Origin: an uncultured delta proteobacterium
GTDB taxonomy: Bacteria; Desulfobacterota; RBG-13-43-22
DNA: 64,000 nt
Reading direction: 5' to 3'
NCBI GenBank assembly: GCA_963790475.1
Contig: CAWBOS010000012.1
Coordinates: 384,001 to 448,000 of the forward strand
Below, one piece after another: positions 38,948-50,330 of the stretch (positions are counted from its first letter, which is position 1; each line of letters begins with the position of its first letter). Under the pieces are notes generated by a model. That model made no database searches, was not told where the DNA came from, and saw only the letters and a program-made list of their open reading frames with translations. Both the position numbers and the translations under genes were made by a program.

Positions 38948-39050
38948 GGGGAGAATCTTCAAGACGAGCGTAAACCAAAAGATTGGTGTCGATGGCGATC
39001 GTCCCCGTCCCTCATAACTCTTTCCCGAATTTGGTCCCAGGAGGCCTCCG
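38948..39050 (-). pseudogene. Remnant of a VapBC toxin-antitoxin junction
   Basis: Minus strand encodes EASWDQIRE/SYEGRG (antitoxin-like C-terminus), immediately followed by IAIDTNLLVYARLEDSP (PIN N-terminus; compare ILVDANILLYAEDRQSP at 60076). Confidence 0.6.
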
Positions 39051-39311
39051 AACGGTTATTCAGTTACCCGCGTAAGCCTTGGAGAAGTTCTTCTTTTATG
39101 AATAGCATAATTTATAATTAATTAATTTATAAAGAAGTTTGAGACTGAAGACTATTTTTTGCCACCGCCTGACCTGTTCCCTTTTCTCCAATATCCGATC
39201 TAAGAAAATAAATAAAAATCACTGAGAAAAGGCTATCCCCAGGAATCAGGAACTGGGACTTAAGAGGCTATCACCTTTCAATATTATAAGAACTTTTTTT
39301 TTAAAAAACCT

Positions 39312-39374
39312 TTGACATGGGGCAAAAAATACGATAAGAAGGCTTTTGTTTATGTTGTGTGAAAAAAGTCATAA
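39312..39374 (+). promoter_or_regulatory. atp operon promoter with a possible Rex operator
   Basis: TTGACA at 39312-39317; GTGTGAA-AAAA-GTCATAA at 39357-39374 versus the Rex consensus TTGTGAA-N4-TTCACAA. Confidence 0.45.
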
Positions 39375-39442
39375 ACCTCATAAACACTTCTTTTATTACT
39401 TCCGGATTAATCTTTTTTTAACTATGCAGGGAGGGCAAAAAA

Positions 39443-39865
39443 ATGATTCCTGATCAATCCCTTTTCTATCAAATCATTAACGTTCTTTTATTAATACTTA
39501 TTTTAAATACCTTTCTGTATAAGCCGATTAGAACCATCTTGAAACAACGGGCGGAAAAGGTGGGCGGTCTGACTTCAGAGGCCCAGAAAGCCCATTCCGA
39601 AATGATTCAAAAGGAACAGGACTACCAAGCCCGGTTGCAACAGGCCCGGAAAGAGGGCTTTGAGCAAAAAAATCTCTTTAAATTAGAAGGCCAGGAAGAA
39701 GAAAAAAGACTTCTCCAACAAGCTAACCTGAAGATTGAAGCCGAACTGACCCAGAATCGGCAAAAGATCGCCCTGCAGGTTGAAGAAGCCCGGGAAAAAC
39801 TCTCCGGTGAAGTAGCCTCCTTCTCTCAGGAAATAGCCCAAAAGATCTTAGGGAGGACGATTTAA
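39443..39865 (+). CDS. ATP synthase F0 subunit b'
   Basis: One N-terminal TM segment, FLYKPI..ILKQR, coiled coil, KILGR; first gene of the atp operon. Confidence 0.88.
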   Translation: MIPDQSLFYQIINVLLLILILNTFLYKPIRTILKQRAEKVGGLTSEAQKAHSEMIQKEQDYQARLQQARKEGFEQKNLFKLEGQEEEKRLLQQANLKIEAELTQNRQKIALQVEEAREKLSGEVASFSQEIAQKILGRTI

Positions 39866-40528
39866 ATGTCCCATCTTCGTTTTTCATCCTCAGAAAGAAA
39901 AGCCTTTTTTCACGGCCTGGCAAAATACCTTGTATCTTACCTTCCTTTGATTGCTGTCCTGGTTCTTTATGGGGGGCTGGTCTATGCCGCTTCGGGGGGG
40001 GAAGGCGGGGCCGCCGGACATGAAGCCGCAGCTCACGGCGGGGAAACTCCGGAAAGAATATGGGAACTTATATACCGGTCGATCAATTTTATCATCTTTT
40101 TCGGGATCCTTTTTTTCCTGCTCAGAAAACCCTTGAAACAAGTATTGGCCGACCGGCGGGATTCCATCCAGAAAGAACTGCAGGATTTGGAAGCCAAAAA
40201 AGAAGAGGCCACCCGGGAATTTCAGGCCCTGGAAAATCGGATTTCCAATATCAAAGAAGAACGTTCGGCCATCCTGGCCGAATATAAAGTCGAAGCGGAA
40301 AAAGAAAAACAGAAGATCATAGAGAACGCCCAAAAAACAGCCACCCGGATCATCGATCAATCCCAACTAACCATCCAGCAGGAAATGCGGAAGGCCAATC
40401 AGGCCTTGCGGCAGGAAATGTCCGATATGGCCGTCCGAATGGCTGAAGAGCTATTGAAGAAGAATATCACCGAGAACGACCAAAAGGTCCTGATCGGTGA
40501 ATACTTAGCAAAGGTGGTGACCCATTAA
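39866..40528 (+). CDS. atpF: ATP synthase F0 subunit b
   Basis: INFIIFFGILFFLLRKPL..RRDSI, coiled coil, DQKVLIGEYL. Confidence 0.88.
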   Translation: MSHLRFSSSERKAFFHGLAKYLVSYLPLIAVLVLYGGLVYAASGGEGGAAGHEAAAHGGETPERIWELIYRSINFIIFFGILFFLLRKPLKQVLADRRDSIQKELQDLEAKKEEATREFQALENRISNIKEERSAILAEYKVEAEKEKQKIIENAQKTATRIIDQSQLTIQQEMRKANQALRQEMSDMAVRMAEELLKKNITENDQKVLIGEYLAKVVTH

Positions 40529-41080
40529 TTGAGAAACTTTACTATTTCCCGAAGATACGCCAAGGCCCTTCTGTCCCTGGGAAAAGAAGACGGGAACTAT
40601 CTTAAGTATGGGGAAGAGTTGAAGGCCTTCAGTGATTTGCTGAATAAGGAAACCCAGGCCCGTTATATCCTTCAAAGCCCGATCTATGATTTTACCAGCC
40701 GGAACAAGCTATTGAAGGCTATTCTGGAAAAGACCGGGTTTTCTATAACGGTGAACAATTTTATTCAACTTCTCTTGGTCAAGGGTCGCATTCGTTATGT
40801 GGATGATATCGTGGTCTATTATTCCCAATTGACCGATGAGTTGTCCAACATCAAAAGGGCCGTGGTCACTGCTGCGGTCCATCTTAGCGATGATATTATA
40901 GAAAAAATACAGGCGGCTTTGAAAAAGGTCGTTCAAAAAGAGGTTATGGTTACGGTCAATGAGGACCCTTCCATTATTGGCGGGATTGTCGCCCGGGTAG
41001 GGGATTTGACCCTGGATGGAAGTTTAAAAACTCAACTTAAGAGTTTAACAGAATCCTTAAGAAGGGGTGAGGGTGTCTAA
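40529..41080 (+). CDS. atpH: ATP synthase F1 subunit delta
   Basis: [38 protein letters not shown]; TTG start. Confidence 0.93.
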   Translation: MRNFTISRRYAKALLSLGKEDGNYLKYGEELKAFSDLLNKETQARYILQSPIYDFTSRNKLLKAILEKTGFSITVNNFIQLLLVKGRIRYVDDIVVYYSQLTDELSNIKRAVVTAAVHLSDDIIEKIQAALKKVVQKEVMVTVNEDPSIIGGIVARVGDLTLDGSLKTQLKSLTESLRRGEGV

Positions 41081-41082
41081 GT

Positions 41083-42600
41083 ATGGAAATCAGAGCTGAA
41101 GAGATCAGTCAGGTCATAAGACAGCAGATTCAAGATTTTGATAAAAAAGTGGAACTCAGCGAGACGGGGACCGTGCTTTCCGTCGGCGATGGTATTGCCC
41201 GGGTCTATGGGGTGGAAAAGACCATGGCCATGGAGCTTTTGGAATTTCCCGGAGGGATATACGGCATTGCCCTGAACTTGGAAGAGGACAATGTCGGTTG
41301 TGCCGTCCTTGGGGAAGACTTCCATATTAAAGAAGGAGATGTGGTCAAACGGACCGGCCGAATCGCCGAAGTCCCGGTGGGAGAGGCTGTCCTGGGCCGG
41401 GTCATTGACGCCGTGGGCCAACCCATCGACGGTCTGGGACCGCTCAATGCCAAGGAATTCCGGAAGATCGAGTTGAAGGCCCCCGGGGTTATCGAACGCC
41501 AGCCGGTGAAAGAGCCCATGTACACCGGGTATAAGGCCATTGATGCCATGACCGCCATCGGCCGGGGTCAACGGGAGCTGATCATCGGTGACCGTCAGAT
41601 CGGTAAAACCGCCCTGTGCGTAGACGCCATCATCAATCAGAAAGATTCGGATATTTTTTGCATTTATGTGGCCATCGGCCAGAAGAAATCCACAGTGGCC
41701 CAGGTGGTTGAGGCTTTGCGGCGCAACGGAGTTTTAGAGAAAACCGTGGTGGTTGCCGCCTGTGCCAGTGACCCGGCCCCCATGCAGTATGTCGCTGCCT
41801 TTGCCGGCTGCACCATGGGAGAATATTTCCGGGATTCAGGCCGACATGCCTTGGTGATTTACGATGACCTGTCTAAACAGGCCGTGGCCTATCGGCAGCT
41901 TTCCCTGCTCCTTCGACGTCCTCCCGGACGGGAGGCTTTCCCGGGGGACATTTTTTACAACCATTCCCGTCTGCTGGAAAGGGCGGCCAAGGTTCGGGAT
42001 GACTTGGGAGGAGGCAGTTTGACGGCTTTGCCGATCATTGAAACCCAGGCCGGTGACCTCTCGGCCTACATCCCGACCAATGTTATTTCCATTACCGACG
42101 GGCAGGTTTTTCTGGAACCGAGTCTGTTCTTCTCCGGGGTACGTCCGGCCATCAACGTGGGACTTTCAGTTTCCAGGGTCGGCGGAAATGCCCAGGTCAA
42201 AGCCATGAAGCAAGTGGCCGGGAGCCTGCGTTTAGACCTGGCCCAATACCGGGAACTGGCGGCCTTTGCCCAGTTCGGAAGTGAACTCGATAAATCCACC
42301 CAGGCCCAGTTGAACCGCGGGGTTCGTTTGGTGGAGATCCTGAAACAGCCCCAGTATCAACCCATGCCCATGGAAAAGATGATTATTAGCCTATTTGCCG
42401 GGGCCCGGGGATTTCTGGATGACCTTCCGGTGGAAACCTTGCAGGATTTTGAGCTTCAAATGATCGCCTTTATCGAATCCAAACATCAGGATATTCTTTC
42501 CGAAATCAAAGAAAAGAAGGAAATAAGTCCGGAATTGGAAGAAAAGATGAAAAAGGCCATTGGGGAATTCAAGACCCAATTTCAATCACAACAAAAATAG
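41083..42600 (+). CDS. atpA: ATP synthase F1 subunit alpha
   Basis: [38 protein letters not shown]. Confidence 0.98.
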   Translation: MEIRAEEISQVIRQQIQDFDKKVELSETGTVLSVGDGIARVYGVEKTMAMELLEFPGGIYGIALNLEEDNVGCAVLGEDFHIKEGDVVKRTGRIAEVPVGEAVLGRVIDAVGQPIDGLGPLNAKEFRKIELKAPGVIERQPVKEPMYTGYKAIDAMTAIGRGQRELIIGDRQIGKTALCVDAIINQKDSDIFCIYVAIGQKKSTVAQVVEALRRNGVLEKTVVVAACASDPAPMQYVAAFAGCTMGEYFRDSGRHALVIYDDLSKQAVAYRQLSLLLRRPPGREAFPGDIFYNHSRLLERAAKVRDDLGGGSLTALPIIETQAGDLSAYIPTNVISITDGQVFLEPSLFFSGVRPAINVGLSVSRVGGNAQVKAMKQVAGSLRLDLAQYRELAAFAQFGSELDKSTQAQLNRGVRLVEILKQPQYQPMPMEKMIISLFAGARGFLDDLPVETLQDFELQMIAFIESKHQDILSEIKEKKEISPELEEKMKKAIGEFKTQFQSQQK

Positions 42601-42603
42601 ACC

Positions 42604-42645
42604 TTCAAGCTCATAGCTCAAAGCTGAAAGCTCACAGAAAGCTTT
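42604..42645. repeat. Heptamer tandem repeat between atpA and atpG
   Basis: AAGCTCA TAGCTCA AAGCTGA AAGCTCA. Confidence 0.7.
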
Positions 42646-42671
42646 AAATAAATAAATAGAGAGTCATTAGC

Positions 42672-43541
42672 ATGGCGACACTTCAGGATATCAGAAGAAA
42701 AATCGGGGGGGTAAAAAAGACCCAGCAGATTACTAAAGCCATGAACATGGTGGCCGCGGCCAAACTGCGGGGCGCCCAGATGCGGATGGAAAATTTCCGT
42801 CCCTATGCCGGCAAATTTTTAGAAGTCATTAATAATCTTTCCTCCCGGATCGATCCCGAGGCTTTCCCATTGATGACCCAGAGGCCGGTAAAAAAGGTGG
42901 AATTGATTTCCCTTACCGCCGACCGGGGACTTTGCGGAAGTTTCAATGTCAATCTGATCAATGCCGGGGAAAAGTTTATTAAAGCCCGAATGAAAGAACA
43001 GGTAGAGGTGTCCCTGGCACCGGTCGGCAAAAAAGGGGGAGAATACTATAAACGCCGAAAATACAATGTTCGCATCCGCTATATGGATATATTTAATTCC
43101 TTTGATATGGTTACTGCAGCCGGTATCGGCCGGGATGTCATCGATAACTTCCTGGCCGGCGGATCGGATGAGGTCTATATCCTTTACGGCGAATTTATAA
43201 ACATGGGTGTTCAAAGACCCAAAGTGCTTCGTTTGCTGCCCATTGCTCCCTTGACCCAAAAAGGGGAGGAGAAACAGGGATTGGAATATCTCTATGAGCC
43301 CTCGGTGGAAGGAATTTTCAATGATCTGTTACCCCGTTATATCAATGTGCAAATCTACCGGGGCATGCTGGAAAATGCGGCCAGCGAACAGGCCGCCCGG
43401 ATGACGGCCATGGACAATGCCACCCGAAATTGTAAGGAGCTGATCACCAGCTTGTCCTTAATTTACAACAAGGCCCGCCAGAGTGCTATTACCAAGGAAC
43501 TGATGGATATTGTCGGCGGGACTGAGGCCTTAAAGAAATAA
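42672..43541 (+). CDS. atpG: ATP synthase F1 subunit gamma
   Basis: QITKAMNMVAAAK, DRGLCGSFN, ARMTAMDNAT, RQSAITKEL. Confidence 0.98.
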   Translation: MATLQDIRRKIGGVKKTQQITKAMNMVAAAKLRGAQMRMENFRPYAGKFLEVINNLSSRIDPEAFPLMTQRPVKKVELISLTADRGLCGSFNVNLINAGEKFIKARMKEQVEVSLAPVGKKGGEYYKRRKYNVRIRYMDIFNSFDMVTAAGIGRDVIDNFLAGGSDEVYILYGEFINMGVQRPKVLRLLPIAPLTQKGEEKQGLEYLYEPSVEGIFNDLLPRYINVQIYRGMLENAASEQAARMTAMDNATRNCKELITSLSLIYNKARQSAITKELMDIVGGTEALKK

Positions 43542-43549
43542 ATAGGTAA

Positions 43550-45010
<1,461 letters not shown>

Positions 45011-45034
45011 CAAAAAAAGAGGCGATAAAACATC

Positions 45035-45445
45035 ATGGCGGACAAGCTTGAATTAGAAGTGGTTACTCCTGATCGACTGGTGGCTCAAGAAACGGTGGAC
45101 ATTGTCATGGCGGTAGGTGCCTTGGGTGAATTCGGCATCCTGCCCAATCACATTCCTTTTTTGACCACCCTTCAACCCGGAGAACTGCGCTATCGTAAGA
45201 ACGGTCAGTTGGAGTATATGGCCGTTACCGGCGGATTTGCTGAGGTCTCAAATAATAAAGTCACCATCCTGGCCGAGGCGGCCGAAAGGGCCAGAGAGAT
45301 CGATGTAGATAGGGCCAAACGGGCCAAAGAGCGGGCTGAAAAACGCCTGGCTATGGCCAAGACCGAGGCCATTGATTATCTACGGGCCGAAGCAGCCTTG
45401 AAAAGGTCTTTGGTCCGTTTAAGCATTGTGGAAAAAGGCCGGTAA
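45035..45445 (+). CDS. atpC: ATP synthase F1 subunit epsilon
   Basis: [28 protein letters not shown]. Confidence 0.96.
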   Translation: MADKLELEVVTPDRLVAQETVDIVMAVGALGEFGILPNHIPFLTTLQPGELRYRKNGQLEYMAVTGGFAEVSNNKVTILAEAAERAREIDVDRAKRAKERAEKRLAMAKTEAIDYLRAEAALKRSLVRLSIVEKGR

Positions 45446-45472
45446 AGTTTTAACCTAATATCAATAAAATCT

Positions 45473-45506
45473 GAAAGGCAAGTCTGAAAGACTTGCCTTT
45501 TTTATT
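45473..45506 (+). terminator. Rho-independent terminator of the atp operon
   Basis: AAAGGCAAGTC-TGAAA-GACTTGCCTTT followed by a T-tract. Confidence 0.85.
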
Positions 45507-45611
45507 TGTAGACCAAGACAACTATTTTGAATTAATTTGACAGAGAATTATGATTCCGATAATATTATTAAAAAGTTAACCGCGGTCTTAGAAGAAAATA
45601 AAAAGGATAAC

Positions 45612-46055
45612 GTGATCAATATAAGGAAGGCAAGCTCGTCGGACCGAGAGAGTTGGATCGGCATGAGAAAGGCACTATGGCCTGATTGCCCCGATAGCCG
45701 GCATGAAATGGAAGTCGATCAGATTCTCTCTTCCAATGGGATCGTGCTCATCGCGGAATCATTGTCATCTGGCCTGGTCGGTTTTGCCGAGATTTCCATA
45801 CGGATTGACCATGTTGAAGGAACAACCATCACCCCAATTCCCTATCTCGAGGGATGGTATGTTGATCCTGCTTACAGGGGACAGGGAATCGGCAAGGCCC
45901 TGATTCGCTCAGCCGAAGAATTTGCATTACAGGCCGGTTTCACAGAGCTGGCCAGTGATGCCGAAATCAATAATCAGACCGGGATCGAAAGGCACATCCG
46001 GTTAGGATTTAGAGAAGTTGAGAGAACGGTTCACTTCTTAAAGTCATTGTCTTGA
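45612..46055 (+). CDS. GNAT acetyltransferase, aminoglycoside 6'-N-acetyltransferase type I (AAC(6')-Iy-like)
   Basis: WIGMRKALWP, GFAEISIR.DHVEG, YLEGWYV, ELASDA..N..H..LGFREVER; likely GTG start at 45612. Confidence 0.8.
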   Translation: MINIRKASSSDRESWIGMRKALWPDCPDSRHEMEVDQILSSNGIVLIAESLSSGLVGFAEISIRIDHVEGTTITPIPYLEGWYVDPAYRGQGIGKALIRSAEEFALQAGFTELASDAEINNQTGIERHIRLGFREVERTVHFLKSLS

Positions 46056-46459
46056 AACAATTCGTGACCTATCCTTCATGAACTGATTCTCAATATTTTA
46101 GAATTCTGTATAATATTATTAGTAATAGAATTCTTTCCGAGTTTCAGAAGTTTCTACTGACTTAGAAACCTAGGCCGAGGAACTCCTCCCTCCATTCTTT
46201 ATCCACATTGGGCCGATACCATTCTTGCTTATCAAAGAACTCCAATTTTCAATCCGGCGACTTTTTTTCGGAGTTGGATTCTGCCTAATTACTCAGGGGC
46301 TCATAATTTGAGAGGAGCAAACTAATTTTGGTTTTTAATTTTTTGGGGGGGGGAAAATTAAGGCACAGCCAGGTCAAAATAAAGAGAGGCCGTGTCTTGT
46401 AGTTGACAGAGAAGATGAAGAATGATAAATAAGGACAACAGCCGCAATCAGCTAAGGAG

Positions 46460-46547
46460 GGAGGGATGGCCGAGTGGTTTAAGGCGGCGGTCTTGAAAAC
46501 CGCTTTCCTTCCGGGGAACGGGGGTTCGAATCCCTCTCCCTCCGCCA
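46460..46547 (+). tRNA. tRNA-Ser (anticodon TGA)
   Basis: Acceptor stem GGAGGGA/TCCCTCC, anticodon loop CT-TGA-AA, long variable arm, GGTTCGAATCC, encoded CCA. Confidence 0.95.
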
Positions 46548-46612
46548 TGCACCAGGTCAAACCCGTGGCTGCAAAAAAATGACCAACTGATTACTGACTG
46601 CCAATCCTATGC

Positions 46613-46705
46613 GGAGAGATGACCGAGTAGGCTTAAGGTGCTCGCCTGCTAAGCGAGTGTAGGGGGAAACTTCTACCGAGGGTTCGAATCCCTCTCTCTC
46701 CGCCA
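46613..46705 (+). tRNA. tRNA-Ser (anticodon GCT)
   Basis: Acceptor stem GGAGAGA/TCTCTCC, loop CT-GCT-AA, long variable arm, GGTTCGAATCC, CCA. Confidence 0.95.
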
Positions 46706-46867
46706 TTCCCAAGTTTGGATTTCCTTTTGCGGATTGTGGCTTACAATTCCCTAATCCAAACAGGTTGAAAAGAGAATAGATTTCTCTCTCTTTTTCCTAA
46801 TCCCTTATCTTTATAAAACGATATCCCAAGATACCCGGGACCAGCCTTTTACCTCCAGCTATCGATT

Positions 46868-47590
46868 TCAAGGGGCTTTTATTTTTTGAGGTTGGGTTTG
46901 AGCCAATTTTTCTTTGCAGATTTCAATATAATTTTTCAGTTTAGGGGGGTGGGAGGTGTCGGGATACTGCTGAAGAATATTTTCAAACCGTCCCAGAGCG
47001 GCTTCATAATTTTTTTGATGAAAATAAAATTCTCCTATGAAAAATTCATGAGAGGCCAGGTTTTTTTTAGCGATTATCAGATTGGATTCGGCCTGGGAAA
47101 CATATTCGCTCCGGGGATAATTCTTAATCAATCGTTCAAATTCCTGAGCCGCCTGGAGAGCATAACTCTGGTCTCTGTCAATAGTGGGCATTTGTTTGAA
47201 GTAACACATGGCCAGTTGAAAGATTACATAGGGGATGATTTCATTAGACGGATGCAGCTTTTCAAATTCCTTATAAGCCGTGGCCGCCAGCAGATAATCC
47301 TTATTTAAGAAATGACTGTCGGCCAATTTCAATTCGGCTACGATCGCATAGGGATTGTAAGGAAAACGATCTTTCAAGTTTTGGAAGGCTTCTCCGGCCT
47401 TCTCATATTTTTTCCGCTGGTAGGCATCGAGACCTTCCGCGATCAGGGATTCAGGGGTTTTTTCCAGTTCTTTGGTTTCTTTACTTTTAAACAACCCGCA
47501 ACCCATCAGGGATAATAAAAACCATACGATAACCATCCAGATCAGGCCGTATTTGCAGCAGGAATATTTAAAAAGGGGATATTTTTTCAT
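46868..47590 (-). CDS. bamD: Outer membrane protein assembly factor BamD
   Basis: Lipobox LMGC, TPR-like repeats, AELKLAD, FEKLHP, DRDQ, LASHEFFIGEFY. Confidence 0.9.
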   Translation of the reverse strand: MKKYPLFKYSCCKYGLIWMVIVWFLLSLMGCGLFKSKETKELEKTPESLIAEGLDAYQRKKYEKAGEAFQNLKDRFPYNPYAIVAELKLADSHFLNKDYLLAATAYKEFEKLHPSNEIIPYVIFQLAMCYFKQMPTIDRDQSYALQAAQEFERLIKNYPRSEYVSQAESNLIIAKKNLASHEFFIGEFYFHQKNYEAALGRFENILQQYPDTSHPPKLKNYIEICKEKLAQTQPQKIKAP

Positions 47591-48510
47591 AGGGTCTCCA
47601 GGTATCTTTCAGCGGCGAAAACCGCCGTTGCTCCATCTCCTACCGCCGTGGAAATCTGTCTTAACAATTTTTTGCGGACATCCCCGGCGGCAAAGATTCC
47701 CCGGACGGAGGTTGCCAGACTATCATTGGTTCGGATAAATCCTTGGGTATCCAGGGACAAGGTCCCTTTCAACCAATCGGTATTGGGCAGGATGCCGACA
47801 AAAACAAATATTCCCTTTACCGGGAGGGTCAGGTCAGGGGAACCGTCCGCCTTTTTGATCCGGACCTCTTCCACGCCGTCGGTCCCCAAGATGGATTCCA
47901 CCTGGGCATTCCAAACTGGTTGGATGAGGGGATTGGCCAAGGCCTTCTCCTGCAGGATCTTGCAGGCCCGGAGTTGATCCCTTCTATGGATCAAATAAAT
48001 TTTTTTTGCAAAACGGGTCAAGAAAAGGGCTTCCTGAACAGCGGTGTCCCCGCCTCCGACCACGGCGATCTCCTGATCTCTGAAAAAAGGTCCATCGCAG
48101 GTAGCGCAATAGGAAACCCCTTTACCGCCTAGATCTCCTTCTCCGGGGACCCCGAGTTTTTTATGTACGGCCCCACAGGCGATGACCAAGGTCTTGGCCC
48201 TGTAAGCCCCCTGGATTCCTTTCAGTATTTTTTCCTGACCTTGAAGAGACAGGGAGACGATCTCATCATTGATAACCGGCAATTCAAATCGTTCCGCTTG
48301 AAGGCGCATCTTATCCACCAGGTCAAAACCGGAAATTCCTTCAGGAAACCCGGGATAATTGTCCACCCAGTCGGTGGTCAAAACCTGACCTCCGGGTATG
48401 AGCCTTTCAATAAGAAGGGTATTAAGCCGGGCACGTCGGGCGTACAATCCAGCGGTCAGGCCGGCTGGACCTCCACCCACGATGATCATATCGTAAACAG
48501 GCTTTTCCAC
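47587..48510 (-). CDS. trxB: Thioredoxin-disulfide reductase
   Basis: GGGPAGLTAG, GVSYCATCDG, GGGDTAVQEA, HRRD, AAGDV. Confidence 0.96.
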   Translation of the reverse strand: MEKPVYDMIIVGGGPAGLTAGLYARRARLNTLLIERLIPGGQVLTTDWVDNYPGFPEGISGFDLVDKMRLQAERFELPVINDEIVSLSLQGQEKILKGIQGAYRAKTLVIACGAVHKKLGVPGEGDLGGKGVSYCATCDGPFFRDQEIAVVGGGDTAVQEALFLTRFAKKIYLIHRRDQLRACKILQEKALANPLIQPVWNAQVESILGTDGVEEVRIKKADGSPDLTLPVKGIFVFVGILPNTDWLKGTLSLDTQGFIRTNDSLATSVRGIFAAGDVRKKLLRQISTAVGDGATAVFAAERYLETL

Positions 48511-48517
48511 AGACGCG

Positions 48518-48847
48518 TTAAAGGGCTTTTTTTATAGCGGACTCTAAAGTAGTTTTGGAAACCGCTCCGGTGATCTGTTCGACCACTGTTCCGTTTTTAA
48601 AGAGGATCAGAGTGGGGATGGCCCGAATTCCATATTGGCCCGGTGTCTTAGGATTCTCATCCACATTCAGTTTGCCTATTTTAAGCTGCCCCTGAAATTG
48701 AACGGCCAACTCTTCGACCACCGGGGCAATCGCTCTGCAGGGACCGCACCACGTGGCCCAAAAGTCGACCAGAGCCGGGGTGGAAGCCTCCATTATTTCC
48801 GCTTTAAAATTTTCATCGGTAACTTCGGTGATATTTTTTTCAGCCAT
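48518..48847 (-). CDS. trxA: Thioredoxin
   Basis: DFWATWCGPC, IPTL. Confidence 0.97.
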   Translation of the reverse strand: MAEKNITEVTDENFKAEIMEASTPALVDFWATWCGPCRAIAPVVEELAVQFQGQLKIGKLNVDENPKTPGQYGIRAIPTLILFKNGTVVEQITGAVSKTTLESAIKKAL

Positions 48848-49027
48848 GTTTTCTCCCTTCCTATTCTTATGGTTTAACTTTTAGGGTAGTAGCTAGGAAT
48901 TCTAATTCCCTTTCCTTCCGTTGTCAATACTTACCCAAAATCCCTAAGTAAAAATAAGGAAAAATTTTGACTTTAGAGACATTTTTAGTTTAAAGTGCTT
49001 TATTATCACAAAAAAGAGGAGATGGAT

Positions 49028-50203
49028 ATGGAAGAATTCAGACGCATGAATCGTCTTCCCCCGTATGTCTTCGCCACTGTCAACACCTTAAAGATGGAAT
49101 TGCGGCGCCAGGGGGAAGATATCATCGATTTGGGGATGGGGAACCCCGACCTGGCCACCCCCAAACATATCGTGGATAAACTTCGGGAAGCCTCGTTGAA
49201 GGCGCATAATCACCGCTATTCGGCTTCCAAAGGGATCACCAGGCTCCGTACGGCAATTTGTGACTGGTATAAAAGGCGTTATCAGGTGAACCTGGATCCG
49301 GAATCCGAAGCCATTGTAACTATTGGAGCCAAGGAGGGGATATCTCATCTGGTTTTGGCCACAACCAGTCCCGGCGATGTGGTCTTCGCGCCTGATCCTA
49401 CCTATCCGATCCACCCCTTTTCCGTCATCATTGCCGGAGGGGATTTGAGAAGTATCCCCATGAGCCATGACCGGAATTTTTTTGAGGACTTATTGACCGC
49501 CACCAAACAAACCTGGCCCAATCCGAAAATGTTGATTATTTCCTTTCCCCACAACCCCACCACTATGGTTGTGGATAAGGATTTTTTTAAAAAGATCGTG
49601 GCCTTTGCCAAGGAACACCACCTGATGGTCATCCATGACTTCGCCTATGCCGATCTGGTTTTTGATGGGTATAAGGCCCCGAGTTTTATGCAGGTGCCCG
49701 GAGCAAAGGATGTCGGTGTCGAACTGTTTTCTCTGTCCAAGAGTTACAGCATGGCCGGGTGGCGGGTAGGTTTCGCAGTCGGGAATCCTGATCTGATTCA
49801 TGCCCTGACCCGTATAAAAAGTTATCTGGACTATGGGGTCTTTCAGCCGATCCAGATTGCCTCCATTATTGCCTTAAATGGTCCTCAAGAGTGTGTTCAG
49901 GAGATCGTCAGCACCTACAAAGAAAGAAGAGATACTTTGATCCGAGGGCTGAACCGGATAGGATGGAAGATGGAAAAGCCCAAAGGGACTATGTTCGTCT
50001 GGTCCAAGATCCCGGAGCCGTTCAGGAAAATGGGGTCAGTGGAATTTTCCAAGTTTCTTATCCGGGAGGGAAAGGTGGCCGTATCCCCAGGACGGGGTTT
50101 TGGAGAATACGGGGATGAATATGTCCGGTTCGCTCTGGTCGAAAACTCACATCGGATCCAACAGGCGGTCAGGGGTATCAAAAAGGCTTTGGACAAAGGC
50201 TGA
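49028..50203 (+). CDS. alaC: PLP-dependent class I aminotransferase (AlaC-like)
   Basis: [42 protein letters not shown]; RBS GAGGAG before ATG 49028. Confidence 0.85.
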   Translation: MEEFRRMNRLPPYVFATVNTLKMELRRQGEDIIDLGMGNPDLATPKHIVDKLREASLKAHNHRYSASKGITRLRTAICDWYKRRYQVNLDPESEAIVTIGAKEGISHLVLATTSPGDVVFAPDPTYPIHPFSVIIAGGDLRSIPMSHDRNFFEDLLTATKQTWPNPKMLIISFPHNPTTMVVDKDFFKKIVAFAKEHHLMVIHDFAYADLVFDGYKAPSFMQVPGAKDVGVELFSLSKSYSMAGWRVGFAVGNPDLIHALTRIKSYLDYGVFQPIQIASIIALNGPQECVQEIVSTYKERRDTLIRGLNRIGWKMEKPKGTMFVWSKIPEPFRKMGSVEFSKFLIREGKVAVSPGRGFGEYGDEYVRFALVENSHRIQQAVRGIKKALDKG

Positions 50204-50330
50204 CGGTTTTTAGCAAAGAGAGTTTTTTTGACCCGGTAGGAATAGGTGGTCACCTTTCTGGGGACAAACAAGAAGGAGAATTTGGAATTATTTTTCATAT
50301 ATAAAGGGCTAAGGGTCAAGTGAGGGAATC

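Noticed and set aside
38990-39090. Possible riboswitch upstream of the MFS gene
   Set aside because: No conserved aptamer core recognised; the sequence is better explained as a VapBC remnant.
45530-46110. AAC(6') as an integron cassette
   Set aside because: No attC geometry found downstream of the stop codon.
46285-46560. 91-aa ORF
   Set aside because: It is the antisense reading of tRNA-Ser.
46460-46705. Prophage or genomic island at the tRNA-Ser genes
   Set aside because: No integrase and no duplicated tRNA 3' end seen; bamD follows directly.
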